64,000 bases of DNA from Candidatus Eiseniibacteriota bacterium (GCA_041946735.1 JBHGAY010000006.1:103084-167083); one strand, 5' to 3'. Shown: positions 29,223 through 41,500, counted from the first letter of the stretch. The notes: generated by a model from the sequence alone, not told the origin. Numbers and translations are program-made.

Positions 29223-30615
29223 GAAGGAGCTGCGCGACGCGATCGGCTCGCCGAAGTTCGTCGCGACGTTCGTCGCCTCGGCCGTCTTGATCCTGCTCGC
29301 TTTCTTCTTCGGGGCACGCGGCTATCAGATCGAGTCGCGACGCTACGATGCGGCGAAGGCGGAGAACCTGCGGCAGCTGGAGGGGATGACCGACTGGCTG
29401 CAGGTGCAGGACCTCCGGATCTTCCTGCCGCCGCAACCGCTCGCCTTCCTGGTCCCAGGGATCGCGAACGACATCGGGCGCACCGTCTCGATCGCTGGCA
29501 GCGGGGATCTGCCGGCGGACGGCAGCCGCTATGGCGAGGAGCCGGTGCTCGCGGTCTTCCGCATGCTCGATCTGGACTTCCTTTTCCAGGTCGTGCTCAC
29601 GCTCTTCGCGATCGTCTTGGCCCACGATGCGGTCTGCGGCGAGAAGGAGAGAGGGACGCTGCGGCTCGCGATGTCGAACGCGATCCCGCGCCGCCGCTTC
29701 CTCCTCGGCAAGATCGTCGGTACGCTCGTGGCGCTCCTCCTGCCGCTTTCCGTGCCGCTGCTGCTCGGCTGCCTGATGCTGCCGCTTCTCGGAGTCCCGA
29801 TGACGGCCGGGGAGTGGCTCCGCCTCGCGCTGATCCTGGGGTCCGGGCTTGCGCTCCTCGCCGGGACGATCGTCCTTTCCGTGCTCGTGTCGGCGGCGAC
29901 GCGCCGCTCCTCGAGCGCGTTTCTGATCCTGCTCGCGATCTGGATCGCCTCGGTCGCGATCGTGCCGCGCGCCTCGGTGCTGTTTGCCGGCCGGGCGGTC
30001 GCGGTCCCCTCGGTGGATGAGATCGCCGCACAACAGGAGCGCTTGCGGGGCCAGCTCTGGACGGAAGACCGCCGGAAGATGGCTTCGTTCCAGCCCGCCC
30101 ACCTCGGCGATCCTCAGGCGATGGTGGCCGAGCTTCAGGACTTCCTGCAGAAGATCCGCGATGAGCGGGAGCGAAAGGTGTCGGAGTTGACCCACCGGCT
30201 CGAGGAGGAGCGGCGCAACCGGCAGGAGCGTCAAAGCACCTTCGCCTTCGCGCTCGCCCGGATCTCGCCGGGCGCCGTCTTCTCGCTCGCCGCCGCGAAA
30301 CTGGCCGGCACTTCTCTCGATCTGCCGCGCCGTCTGCAAGAGCAGGCGCTCGCCTACCAGGCCTCCTATGCGCGCTTTCTGCTCGAGAAGACCGGCATGA
30401 ACCCGGGAGCGGGGACGGTCGTGATCCGGATGAACGACGACGGCAGGCAGCCGGAGCCGATCGATCCGCGGGAGCTGCCCGAGTTCCAGTACCGCAGCGA
30501 GACGCTCGCGGAGGTCCTTCCCGGAGCGTCGCCCGACCTGGCCCTCCTCGCGCTGTTCCCGGTCCTGTTCCTCGCGGTCGCGGTCGCGCTCTTCCACCGT
30601 TACGACGTCCGCTGA
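29203..30615 (+). CDS. ABC-2 type permease with large extracytoplasmic loops
   Basis: MFRLLVEKEL, DAVCGEKERGTLRL, multiple TMs, ends RYDVR. Confidence 0.88.
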   Translation: MFRLLVEKELRDAIGSPKFVATFVASAVLILLAFFFGARGYQIESRRYDAAKAENLRQLEGMTDWLQVQDLRIFLPPQPLAFLVPGIANDIGRTVSIAGSGDLPADGSRYGEEPVLAVFRMLDLDFLFQVVLTLFAIVLAHDAVCGEKERGTLRLAMSNAIPRRRFLLGKIVGTLVALLLPLSVPLLLGCLMLPLLGVPMTAGEWLRLALILGSGLALLAGTIVLSVLVSAATRRSSSAFLILLAIWIASVAIVPRASVLFAGRAVAVPSVDEIAAQQERLRGQLWTEDRRKMASFQPAHLGDPQAMVAELQDFLQKIRDERERKVSELTHRLEEERRNRQERQSTFAFALARISPGAVFSLAAAKLAGTSLDLPRRLQEQALAYQASYARFLLEKTGMNPGAGTVVIRMNDDGRQPEPIDPRELPEFQYRSETLAEVLPGASPDLALLALFPVLFLAVAVALFHRYDVR

Positions 30616-30637
30616 GAAGAAGGGGAGGACTCACTCC

Positions 30638-32095
30638 ATGTTGCGAGCGATGATCGGCAGGGAGCTGCGGGCGATCCTGCGCAGCCCGAAGTTCGCGGGA
30701 AGCTTCGCCGTCGGGGCGGCGCTCATCGTCCTTTCCGTCTTCCTCGGGATTCAGGAATACCGGGCCGCGACCCGCCAGTACGAGACGGCCACCACCCTCG
30801 CCTCGCAGCAGCTCCGCGAGGAGACCACCTGGATGCGGATGGGGACGCGCGCGTTTCGCCGTCCCGAGCCGATGCAGATCTTCGTCTCCGGGGTCGGCAA
30901 CGACATCGGCCGCCTTTCGCCGATCGCCGCCTCGACCCCGGTCGAGCTGCGCCACAGCCCTTACGCGGACGACCCGATCTTCGCCTTCTTCCGGATGCTC
31001 GATCTCGTCTTCCTCGTCGGGGTCGTCCTCTCGCTCTTCGCGATCCTCTTCACCTACGACGCGATCAGCGGCGAGCGGCAGGACGGGACGCTCAAGCTCG
31101 CGCTCGCCAACCGCGTGCCGCGCGCCCGCTACCTGATCGCGAAGGGGGTCGGCTCGTGGCTCGCGCTCGTCGTGCCGCTTGCGATCCCGGTGGCGCTGTC
31201 GATGCTGCTGCTCGTCGTCTATCGCGTCCCGATGGACGGAGAACGGTGGATGCGCCTCGGGCTGCTCCTCGCCGCCTCCCTTCTCTACTTCACCTTCTTC
31301 CTCGCCCTCGGTCTCCTCGTCTCCGCGCTGACGCGGCGGCCGAGCCACTCCTTCCTGATCGCTCTGCTTCTCTGGGTGATGCTGGTGCTGATCATCCCGC
31401 GCGCCGGGATCGCCATCTCCTCGCAGATCGTGCCGGTGCCCGGTGTCGCGGAGATCGAAGGACGGCGTGCGGAGTTCGCGCGCGACGCGTGGGCGGAGCA
31501 TTACGGCCGGATGGAGGCGCGGCTGCGCGAGGAGCGGAACGCGCACGGCGGTCCCGATCGCGAGCCGCCCGGCGAGAAGGAGACACAGACACGCGCGCGC
31601 GAGCAGGAGGCGGCCCGCCGGGAGACGCTGGAGAAGATCGACGCCTATGGCGAGCGGCTCGAGGAGGACCTGGCGGCGCGTCGGCACGAGCAGGAGAGGC
31701 TCGGCTTCGCGCTCGCGCGCTTCTCGCCGGCCGCCGCCTATCAGCTGGCGGTAATGAACCTGGCCGACACGGACACCGGGCTCCGACGGCGGACCGAGGA
31801 CGCGATGCGCACGTTCCGCTCCGACTTCCTGGCCTTCGTCCGGAAGAAGCAGGAGCAGACCGGCGAGACCGGCGGGATGCAGATCCGCATCGACAGCGAA
31901 AGAGGGGTCCGGATCGGGACTGCGGGGAGCGACCAGCCGATCGACATGACCGGCCTGCCCGCCTACGACCCGCCGGCCCGCAGGCCTGCCGAGCCCCTCG
32001 CCGCTTCGGTCGCGGACCTCACGTGGATCGCCGTCGCGGCACTGGGGGCATTCTCGGCCGCGTTTGCGCGGTTCCTTCGCTATGACGTCCGATGA
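30638..32095 (+). CDS. ABC-2 type permease (paralogue of 29203-30615)
   Basis: DAISGERQDGTLKL, multiple TMs, ends RYDVR. Confidence 0.88.
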   Translation: MLRAMIGRELRAILRSPKFAGSFAVGAALIVLSVFLGIQEYRAATRQYETATTLASQQLREETTWMRMGTRAFRRPEPMQIFVSGVGNDIGRLSPIAASTPVELRHSPYADDPIFAFFRMLDLVFLVGVVLSLFAILFTYDAISGERQDGTLKLALANRVPRARYLIAKGVGSWLALVVPLAIPVALSMLLLVVYRVPMDGERWMRLGLLLAASLLYFTFFLALGLLVSALTRRPSHSFLIALLLWVMLVLIIPRAGIAISSQIVPVPGVAEIEGRRAEFARDAWAEHYGRMEARLREERNAHGGPDREPPGEKETQTRAREQEAARRETLEKIDAYGERLEEDLAARRHEQERLGFALARFSPAAAYQLAVMNLADTDTGLRRRTEDAMRTFRSDFLAFVRKKQEQTGETGGMQIRIDSERGVRIGTAGSDQPIDMTGLPAYDPPARRPAEPLAASVADLTWIAVAALGAFSAAFARFLRYDVR

Positions 32096-32889
32096 CGTCC
32101 GCTGAGAGCAAGTCGGCTAGACTCGGTGGGACGCAAAGCCGAGCGGGAGGGTGCCGGGTGGCCTCGAGCAGGCGCAGGATCCTCGTGATCGAGGACGACC
32201 GCAAGACCGCCGCGACGGTCCGGCTCTATCTGGAGCACGAAGGCTTCGAGACCGTCGTTCTTCACGATGGCCGGCGCGGCCTCGAGGAGGCGCTCGCCTC
32301 CCGCTACGACCTGATCGTCCTCGACCTGATGCTCCCCGGTGTGGACGGCCAGAGGATCTGCCGGTCGATCCGCGAGGAGATGGAGGTGCCGATCGTGATG
32401 CTCACGGCGCGCACGACCGAGGAGGATCGCGTGCGCGGACTCGACATCGGCGCCGACGACTACGTCACGAAGCCGTTCAGTCCGCGCGAGCTGGTGGCGC
32501 GCGTGCGGGCGGTGCTGCGGCGCACCGATCCGCGGGAGACGCCCGGTCCGACCCGCTTCGAGTTCCCGAGCCTCTCGGTCGACCTGGCGACGCGCGAGGT
32601 GCGCGCGGGCGGCCGCGCCGTCTCGCTCACGCCGACCGAGTTCGCCATCCTGCAGGCGTTCGTTCGCGCGCCCCAGCGCGTCTTCACGCGCGAGGAGCTG
32701 ATCGAGCGGGCGCTGGGTCCCGACTACGAGGGCTTCGACCGGACGGTCGACGCCCACGTGATGAACCTTCGCAGGAAGATCGAGCCGGATCGCGTCCGCC
32801 CGACCTACATCCAGACCGTCTTCGGGGTCGGGTATCGATTCGCTCCGGCCGCCTCCGCCGGCGGCGATCGCGACTCCAATGATCCATAG
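32092..32889 (+). CDS. OmpR/PhoB-family response regulator
   Basis: ILVIEDD, LDLMLP, MLTAR, GADDYVTKPFS, winged-helix RTVDAHVMNLRRK..TVFGVGY. The true start may be GTG 32158. Confidence 0.93.
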   Translation: MTSAESKSARLGGTQSRAGGCRVASSRRRILVIEDDRKTAATVRLYLEHEGFETVVLHDGRRGLEEALASRYDLIVLDLMLPGVDGQRICRSIREEMEVPIVMLTARTTEEDRVRGLDIGADDYVTKPFSPRELVARVRAVLRRTDPRETPGPTRFEFPSLSVDLATREVRAGGRAVSLTPTEFAILQAFVRAPQRVFTREELIERALGPDYEGFDRTVDAHVMNLRRKIEPDRVRPTYIQTVFGVGYRFAPAASAGGDRDSNDP

Positions 32890-34384
32890 CATCCGTTTCC
32901 GCCTGCTCCTGACCGTCGGCCTCGTCGTGGTCGCCGCGCTCCTCGCCGTGGGGCTCGTGACGAGCCGGGCGACCCGCACCGAGTTCGACCGTTTCCTGGC
33001 GCTCGAGATGCCGATGCACGGCCCAAACCTGCCTCCCGAGGCGCAGGCGCGCCTCGAGGAGTACTACCGCCAGCACGGGAGCTGGCTCGGCGTCGGGGGC
33101 GTGCTCCGCGAGCTTGCGGACTCCGTCGGAAGCGGCGGCCGCGCGGCTGGCATCATCGTCCTCGACTCGACCGGCGCCGTCGCGAGCGACGGGGTCTCCC
33201 CCGGGCTGACCCAGCTGAAGGTGCGGGTCGAGGCGGACAGCAGCTACGAGGTCACGGTCATCCGGAAGGAGGACGACGGTGACGCCACGAGGCGCGAGGA
33301 GATCCGTGTCAGGCGCGTCGGCGTGCCGTTGCTCGGGTCGGAGGGAAAGGCGATCGGGCGGATGCTGCTCGTCCCGGCGCCGCCGAGCGCGTTTCCTCCG
33401 CGTCGCGACTTCCTCCACTCGGTGAACCGCTGGTTGCTCGGCGCGGTCCTCGGGGCTGGGCTGCTCGCGCTCGCGTCGACCGCCTGGATGGCCCGCAGGA
33501 TGCTCCATCCGATCGAGGAGCTGACATCCATCGCGCGCGAGATGGAGCGCGGCGATCTCTCGCGACGGGCCTCGGTGCGCACGAAGGACGAGATCGGAGA
33601 GCTGGCGCGCAGCTGGAACGCAATGGCGGACGGCCTCGCGCGGATCGAGCGTCTCCGCCGCGGAATGGTCGAGGACGTCGCCCACGAGCTGCGGACGCCG
33701 CTGACCCGCATCCGCGGCCAGCTCGAGTCGGTGCAGGACGGCCTGCTTCCCGCCGATCGCGATCTGATCGATTCGCTGCACGAGGAGGTGATGGGGCTCT
33801 CCCACCTGGTCTCGAACCTGCAGGATCTCGCCCTGGCCGAGGCGGGCCAGCTCCGGCTCGTGCCGCGCCTCATCTCGATTGCCGAGGAGGTGGAGCGCGT
33901 CCTGCGGAGCCTTCCGCCGCCGGCCTCGGGGATGGCCTCGGTAGAGGGCCCGCCTGCGCCGATCGTCCTCGACCTTCCCGCGGAAGGACTGCCCGGCGCA
34001 CACGTAGACCCAGAGCGCTTTCGCCAGATCGTCCGAAACCTCGTCGAGAACGCGCTTGCCCACACCCCGCCGGGGGGGAGGATCACGATCACCGCCCGGC
34101 AAGCCCAAGATGGGGAGATCGACGGCCGCCGTGCGATCGAGATCGAGGTTGCCGATACGGGGGAAGGCATCCCCGCCGAGGACCTCCCGTTCGTCTTCGA
34201 GCGCTTCTACCGGGCGGATCCGTCGCGCCAGCGAGCGACCGGGGGTGCCGGGCTCGGTCTCGCGATTGCACGCCAGCTCGTCGAGGCGCACGGCGGATCG
34301 ATCCGGGCGTGGAGCGAGCCCGGAGCGGGAGCGCGGTTTCTCTTTACCGTCCCGGCGGCGGCCTCTGCGTCCGCGTCCGCCTGA
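32879..34384 (+). CDS. HAMP sensor histidine kinase (BaeS-like)
   Basis: Two TMs, HAMP domain, H-box DVAHELRTPL, NLVENA, DTGEGI, FERFYR, GAGLGLAI. Confidence 0.93.
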   Translation: MIHSIRFRLLLTVGLVVVAALLAVGLVTSRATRTEFDRFLALEMPMHGPNLPPEAQARLEEYYRQHGSWLGVGGVLRELADSVGSGGRAAGIIVLDSTGAVASDGVSPGLTQLKVRVEADSSYEVTVIRKEDDGDATRREEIRVRRVGVPLLGSEGKAIGRMLLVPAPPSAFPPRRDFLHSVNRWLLGAVLGAGLLALASTAWMARRMLHPIEELTSIAREMERGDLSRRASVRTKDEIGELARSWNAMADGLARIERLRRGMVEDVAHELRTPLTRIRGQLESVQDGLLPADRDLIDSLHEEVMGLSHLVSNLQDLALAEAGQLRLVPRLISIAEEVERVLRSLPPPASGMASVEGPPAPIVLDLPAEGLPGAHVDPERFRQIVRNLVENALAHTPPGGRITITARQAQDGEIDGRRAIEIEVADTGEGIPAEDLPFVFERFYRADPSRQRATGGAGLGLAIARQLVEAHGGSIRAWSEPGAGARFLFTVPAAASASASA

Positions 34385-34557
34385 AGGCTCCTGAGGTTCG
34401 CGTCCGAGGCGCGTCCACCTCCTCACGAGACTGCCAACATGCGATTAGCGTCATGAAGCGTTCGAAAGTAGGTACCGGCCGGCCGCACTTCTAAAATCGC
34501 CGGGAGCGACTCGCGTCTCGTCGCCTCCGACTAGCCGACCGTCGCCGCCGTTCCGGC

Positions 34558-34622
34558 AGGCCCCCTGAAAACGGGGAAAGGCCGCTGAAAGCGGCGAACA
34601 GGCCGATGAAAACTGGGAAAGG
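34558..34622 (+). repeat. Three 21-bp degenerate tandem repeats (AGGCC..TGAAA..GG.GAA) just upstream of a start codon
   Basis: Units start at 34558, 34579 and 34600; unit 2 is the perfect hairpin GCCGC-TGAAA-GCGGC. Confidence 0.6.
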
Positions 34623-34629
34623 AACATCC

Positions 34630-36846
34630 ATGGCGTCATCTTGCTGCGCGCCGCCGCGCCTGCCCCAGCGGCGGTCCGTTCTCGCTTCTCGCGTGACCCT
34701 ACCGCTCCTGATGCTTGCGCTGGCCGCGCTCCTGTCCGCGCTCCCCGCGCATGCAGCGTGGCAGCAGTGGAACGGCCCGGAGGCCCCGGCCGTCTACGGT
34801 TTGGCGCGTTCCGGATCCGTCCTCCTGCTAGGCAGCAACGAAGGAGACGCGGGCGACGTCTACCGATCGACCGACGGCGGGACGAGCTGGGTCAACGCCG
34901 GCCTGCCCAACGCGGGGATCACCTTCCTCTATCCGCACCTCGGGAATGTCTATGCCGGCACCTATCTGGACGGCTTGTACCGCACGCGGGATGCCGGCAC
35001 GACGTGGGAAAAAGTCGGACAGGGGATGCCGCCCTCCGAGATCGTGAGCGCGATGGTTTCGATCGGCGGCTCGGTCCTGCTCGTCGGGTTCGACTCGGCC
35101 ATGGGGCGGAAGCTCTACCGGTCGGCGGACGCAGGCGAGAGCTGGGCGGAGGTCGCCGGCTCTCCGACCGTTCACGTCCGGTCGATGGTGGTCTCGGGCC
35201 ACGCGTTCCTCGGCACGGACGGGGATGGTCTCTTCCGATCGAGCGACAGCGGCGTCACGTGGTGGCCCTGGGGAGCGGGCCTGCCGGAGTTGTCGCGGAT
35301 CGACGCGCTGACTTCGTCCAACGGAATTCTCTATGCGGCTTTGACGAAGAACGGAGCCCCCGAGGTCGCCGGCATCTACCGGTCCGTCGACGCCGGCTCC
35401 ACCTGGACGCGCGTGAGCGCGGACCTTCCCGACGTCACCCTCTACTACTTCTCTTTCCTCGTAGGCAACGGAGGCGCCCTCTACACGGGGATCGTGAGCG
35501 ACTTCGGCGGGGCCGGAGTCTACCGCTCGGTCGATGGGGGGGCGCACTGGACTCGCATCACCGAAGGGATCGCGCCTGAGACGCAGCCGTACTGCTTGTT
35601 GCCGTCCGGGGGCGTGCTGTTCGCCGGGACGGACGCGGGGTTGTGGAAGACGGCCGACGTCGGTCAGACGTGGAGCTACGCGGGCCGCGGCACGGCGGCA
35701 ATCCGCGGCGTGGGGGCGCTGCTCAAGAGCGGCGGCGCGCTGCATGTCGGGCTTTCGGCGGCCGACGGATCCGGGCGCGGCATCTGGCGCACGTTCGACG
35801 ACGGCGCCACGTGGGAATTGGCCGATGGCAACTTCCCGAACTACACGACGGCGCTCGACCTGCTCGACGGCGGCTCCTATCTGCTTGCCGCGCTCTTCGG
35901 GCTGCAGCGAGGGGTCTTTCGATCGACCGATGGGGGGCTCACCTGGATCCCTTCGTCCGACGGGATCCCATCGGACGCGCTGCTCGGGTGCCTCGCGAAA
36001 GGGAGCGGGTTCGTTCTCGCTGGCGGCTACGACGCCCTGTATCGCTCGACGGATGACGGCGTCCATTGGGGGACGGTCCCAGGCGTCGCCTACGTCAACG
36101 CCATCGCCGCCCAAGGCTCGGACCTCTTTGCCGGCACCGGCGACCGCGGTGTGATCCGCTCCACCGACATGGGGCTGACGTGGTTCGACGAATCGCAGGG
36201 CCTGGACAGTCCCGAGGCGCGATATGTGAACGCTCTCGCCCTCGCGAACGGGAGAATGTTCGCCGCGACGCAGGGCGCCGGCGTGTACGCCTTCGATGCG
36301 GGGCGTTGGGTGCCGGCGGGACTCGATGGCGAGGACGTGCACGATGTGACGGCCGCCGGGACCGTCCTGCTTGCCGGCACGTCGGGCGGGAAGATCTACT
36401 ACACGGCGAACGGCGGGCATAGCTGGGTCGACTTCGGAGACGGATACGCGGGCGGGGACCTCTACGAGTTGTACGGGGATGGCGAATGGATCTACGCCGG
36501 CACGACCACCCACGCTCTCTGGGCGCGGCCCGCTGGGGAGTTGGACCCCGCGTCGGTCGGGACGGAGGACGCGCTCGCCCCGCTCGGCCTCGAGCCCGCC
36601 CGCGCCTTCCCCAATCCGTTCTCGGCGACGACGCGCCTCTCGCTCCGCATTCCGCCGGGCGAGGAAGGCTCGCTTGAGGTCTTCGACGTGGGCGGCCGCG
36701 CGGTCGCGCGAGTCTCGATCCCTGCGGGCGGCGATGGGGAGCGCTCGATCCTGTTCGACGGGTCCGCGCTGCCGGCCGGCGTCTATCTCTGCCGCCTGCG
36801 CGCTGCCGGAGCGGAGAGGACGAGCCGGCTCGTGATCGGGCGATGA
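34630..36846 (+). CDS. Secreted BNR/Asp-box (VPS10/YCF48-like) repeat protein with C-terminal secretion-tail domain
   Basis: Signal peptide AHA; many yRS.DgG.tW repeats; FPNPFSATT..VFDVGGR..LPAGVYLCRL. Confidence 0.88.
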   Translation: MASSCCAPPRLPQRRSVLASRVTLPLLMLALAALLSALPAHAAWQQWNGPEAPAVYGLARSGSVLLLGSNEGDAGDVYRSTDGGTSWVNAGLPNAGITFLYPHLGNVYAGTYLDGLYRTRDAGTTWEKVGQGMPPSEIVSAMVSIGGSVLLVGFDSAMGRKLYRSADAGESWAEVAGSPTVHVRSMVVSGHAFLGTDGDGLFRSSDSGVTWWPWGAGLPELSRIDALTSSNGILYAALTKNGAPEVAGIYRSVDAGSTWTRVSADLPDVTLYYFSFLVGNGGALYTGIVSDFGGAGVYRSVDGGAHWTRITEGIAPETQPYCLLPSGGVLFAGTDAGLWKTADVGQTWSYAGRGTAAIRGVGALLKSGGALHVGLSAADGSGRGIWRTFDDGATWELADGNFPNYTTALDLLDGGSYLLAALFGLQRGVFRSTDGGLTWIPSSDGIPSDALLGCLAKGSGFVLAGGYDALYRSTDDGVHWGTVPGVAYVNAIAAQGSDLFAGTGDRGVIRSTDMGLTWFDESQGLDSPEARYVNALALANGRMFAATQGAGVYAFDAGRWVPAGLDGEDVHDVTAAGTVLLAGTSGGKIYYTANGGHSWVDFGDGYAGGDLYELYGDGEWIYAGTTTHALWARPAGELDPASVGTEDALAPLGLEPARAFPNPFSATTRLSLRIPPGEEGSLEVFDVGGRAVARVSIPAGGDGERSILFDGSALPAGVYLCRLRAAGAERTSRLVIGR

Positions 36847-36917
36847 GTGGCGGCGGACGGGGAGGCTCCTCTCTCCTTTCGAAGCGGAGGCGCCCCGGCC
36901 CGGGCTAGACTGTCGGC

Positions 36918-37370
36918 ATGACGCAAGACCACTTCCTCACCCGTTGCCCTTCGTGCGGAGCGGCGAACAAGATCCCGGTCGCCCGCGTCGGCCAGCAGGC
37001 GCGATGCGGGCGCTGCAAGACCGCGCTGCCGAAGGAGGATCTCGGCGCGAGCGCGCCGATCGCGGTGACCGACGGGCAGTTCGACGCGGTGACGCGCCAC
37101 TCCTCCCTGCCGGTGCTCGTCGACTTCTGGGCCGCCTGGTGCAGCCCGTGCCGCTCGCTCGCCCCGGAGCTGGAGAGGCTGGCGGCCGATCTGGCCGGAC
37201 GTCTGATCATCCTCAAGATGGACACGGAGGCGGAGCCGTTCACTCCGAGCCGGTTCGGGGTGCAGGCGATTCCGACGATGGTGCTGCTGCGCCGGGGAAT
37301 CGAGGTCGAGCGATTGACCGGGGCGATGCCGGCCGAGGCGATCCGGTCGAGGGTCGAGCGCTTCCTGTAG
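36918..37370 (+). CDS. trxC: Thioredoxin 2 with N-terminal zinc finger
   Basis: CPSC..CGRC zinc finger; VDFWAAWCSPC active site; AIPT. Confidence 0.9.
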   Translation: MTQDHFLTRCPSCGAANKIPVARVGQQARCGRCKTALPKEDLGASAPIAVTDGQFDAVTRHSSLPVLVDFWAAWCSPCRSLAPELERLAADLAGRLIILKMDTEAEPFTPSRFGVQAIPTMVLLRRGIEVERLTGAMPAEAIRSRVERFL

Positions 37371-37403
37371 CGGCTATCCCGCAAGCGGCCATCCCACTCG
37401 CGG

Positions 37404-38207
37404 CTATTCCACGATCGCGAAGCGGCGCCGCGTCTCCTCCTTGGGGAAGGCGTCGAAGTGCCACCATTCGATCGCGAGCGCGCGAAATCCCGCATCGGTC
37501 ATGACGCTGCGAAGCAAGCGCCGGCGCGCGACCTGCTCGCGCGTGAGGCGTCCCGCGCGTAGCAGTCGGTCCTCCTCGCGCGGCGCGGCGAGGATCGTGA
37601 AGTCGTCCAGCGGGGTCCCCATGTCGAGCTGCCGGCCGGTCGAGGCGTCGATCAGGGTGACGTCCACCGCGGCGCCGTAGTTGTGCATCGATCCGCGGGA
37701 GGGAGAGGCGACGTAGCGCTGCCGCGGCGTTCCCCGTACAGCGGCCCACATCCTCTCCTGGATCCTGCGCGGTCGCGCCCCGTCGGCGACCAAGATCCGT
37801 AGGCCAGGAGCGCGCTGCTTCAGGATCGCGTGCGCGCGCGCGAGCATGCGAGCGGCCTCCGGCTGCAGGTAACACTTCTGGAGCGAGCCGTAGAGGTTCC
37901 GGCCGAGGAAGTTGTCCGTACGGGCGTAGGTGAGATCGATGACGAGCGTCGAGTCGAGGGTCGACACGTCGACGAGGCCGCCCTCGAGGAGCGCGCGTTC
38001 GAGGGGACCGGGGAACTGATCGGATCGGGCAGGACGGGAAGCGACTTCGGAGGCCGCCCGAGCGCCCGGCCACCCGGCGCCTGCCAGCAGGACCAGGAGG
38101 GCGGCCGGGCCCAGAATCGCGCGAAACCGGCGAGTCCCCGAGCCCGAGCCGTTATGGTACAGTCCGACTCTTGTGAACCGGGACGCTGCCGGAGGTTCCC
38201 GGAGCAA
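37404..38207 (-). CDS. D-alanyl-D-alanine dipeptidase, M15 (VanX/DdpX family), probably exported
   Basis: YARTDNFLG, DGARP, SMHNYGAAVD (SxHxxGxAxD), EWWHF. Start uncertain (TTG 38207 chosen); hydrophobic stretch near the N-terminus. Confidence 0.85.
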   Translation of the reverse strand: MLREPPAASRFTRVGLYHNGSGSGTRRFRAILGPAALLVLLAGAGWPGARAASEVASRPARSDQFPGPLERALLEGGLVDVSTLDSTLVIDLTYARTDNFLGRNLYGSLQKCYLQPEAARMLARAHAILKQRAPGLRILVADGARPRRIQERMWAAVRGTPRQRYVASPSRGSMHNYGAAVDVTLIDASTGRQLDMGTPLDDFTILAAPREEDRLLRAGRLTREQVARRRLLRSVMTDAGFRALAIEWWHFDAFPKEETRRRFAIVE

Positions 38208-38382
38208 GCGGTCCAGGCCCGCAGGCCGTTCGTCGACTTCCGGGCGAGTCTCCGTGGGAATACCGCCCGGATTGCCAGCCGGGGTCCTCGACCGAGTCGA
38301 AGCTGAAGTCCCAGCCGGAATCCCCGCAGGAGTCGGGGCCGGAGTCCCAGAGAGAGTCCCAGCAGGAATTCCAGGAGGTCTC

Positions 38383-40875
<2,493 letters not shown>

Positions 40876-40908
40876 GGCGGATCGCCTCGACAATCGCTTC
40901 GTTCATGC

Positions 40909-40938
40909 GCGGGCGGGTCGGTCTACCGGCCCGCCCGT
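40909..40938. terminator. GC-rich hairpin between convergent hppA and NTPase genes
   Basis: GCGGGCGGGTCGGT..ACCGGCCCGCCCGT stem with G-U pairs; weak U-tract. Confidence 0.5.
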
Positions 40939-40969
40939 CTTCCTCGGAAGCTGGATCGTCGTCCGCCAG

Positions 40970-41500
40970 CTAGACCCCTTCGGGAAAGAGGCGTGAGACG
41001 ATCTCGCCCGGCAGCCGGTCACGATTGCGATGATCGATCTCGATCGTCTCGATCTCGCTCCCTTTGCCGGCTCCCATCGCGCGAGCCTCCTCGGGAAAGC
41101 CGGGAGCGCGTGCGCCGACGGTCGCGACGACCGGCGTGGGGCCGGACAGCAGCGCGCGCATGGCGGTCACGAAGTCCTGCGAGAGGCATTCCATCTTCCC
41201 GACCTCGTCGACCAGGTACAGGTCGCACGGCCGAGCCAGCTCCGGGACTGCCAGGGCCTCGAACATCGGGACGTCGACGCCATAGCGCCCGACCCGCGCC
41301 GATCCGCGGAAATCCACATGCGCGATCGTCGCCTCGTCCCCGGCGAAGGTCACCAGACGAAAGCCGACTCGCGCGCCGCCCGCCGCGCGCACTTCCTCCG
41401 TATAGAAGCCGGCGAGCGAGCGGTCGGCGAGGAGGGCCGCGAGCTTCACGAGCACCGTCGTCTTTCCGATGCCGGGAGGTCCTACCAACAGGATCTTCAT
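40970..41500 (-). CDS. NTPase_1 (THEP1/HCR-NTPase-like) nucleoside-triphosphatase
   Basis: GPPGIGKTT, GFYTEEVR..RVGF, VGRYGVD, VDEVGKME, NRDRLP. Confidence 0.88.
   Translation of the reverse strand: MKILLVGPPGIGKTTVLVKLAALLADRSLAGFYTEEVRAAGGARVGFRLVTFAGDEATIAHVDFRGSARVGRYGVDVPMFEALAVPELARPCDLYLVDEVGKMECLSQDFVTAMRALLSGPTPVVATVGARAPGFPEEARAMGAGKGSEIETIEIDHRNRDRLPGEIVSRLFPEGV

Noticed and set aside
32105..32150. GTGGGACGCAAAGCC resembles the core of a c-di-GMP-I riboswitch
   Set aside because: The upstream GGCAAAC..GAAA tetraloop stem and the downstream P2/receptor are not evident, and the stretch is a short junction inside an operon. An Infernal search would settle it.
37370..37412. Three 15-bp repeats GCGGC(T/C)AT(C/T)CC
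   Set aside because: Too short for CRISPR, no unique spacers and no cas genes; likely slippage at a convergent gene junction.
37404..38207. VanX-like gene as a vancomycin-resistance determinant
   Set aside because: No vanH, vanA or vanRS context; M15 D,D-dipeptidases are common housekeeping enzymes.
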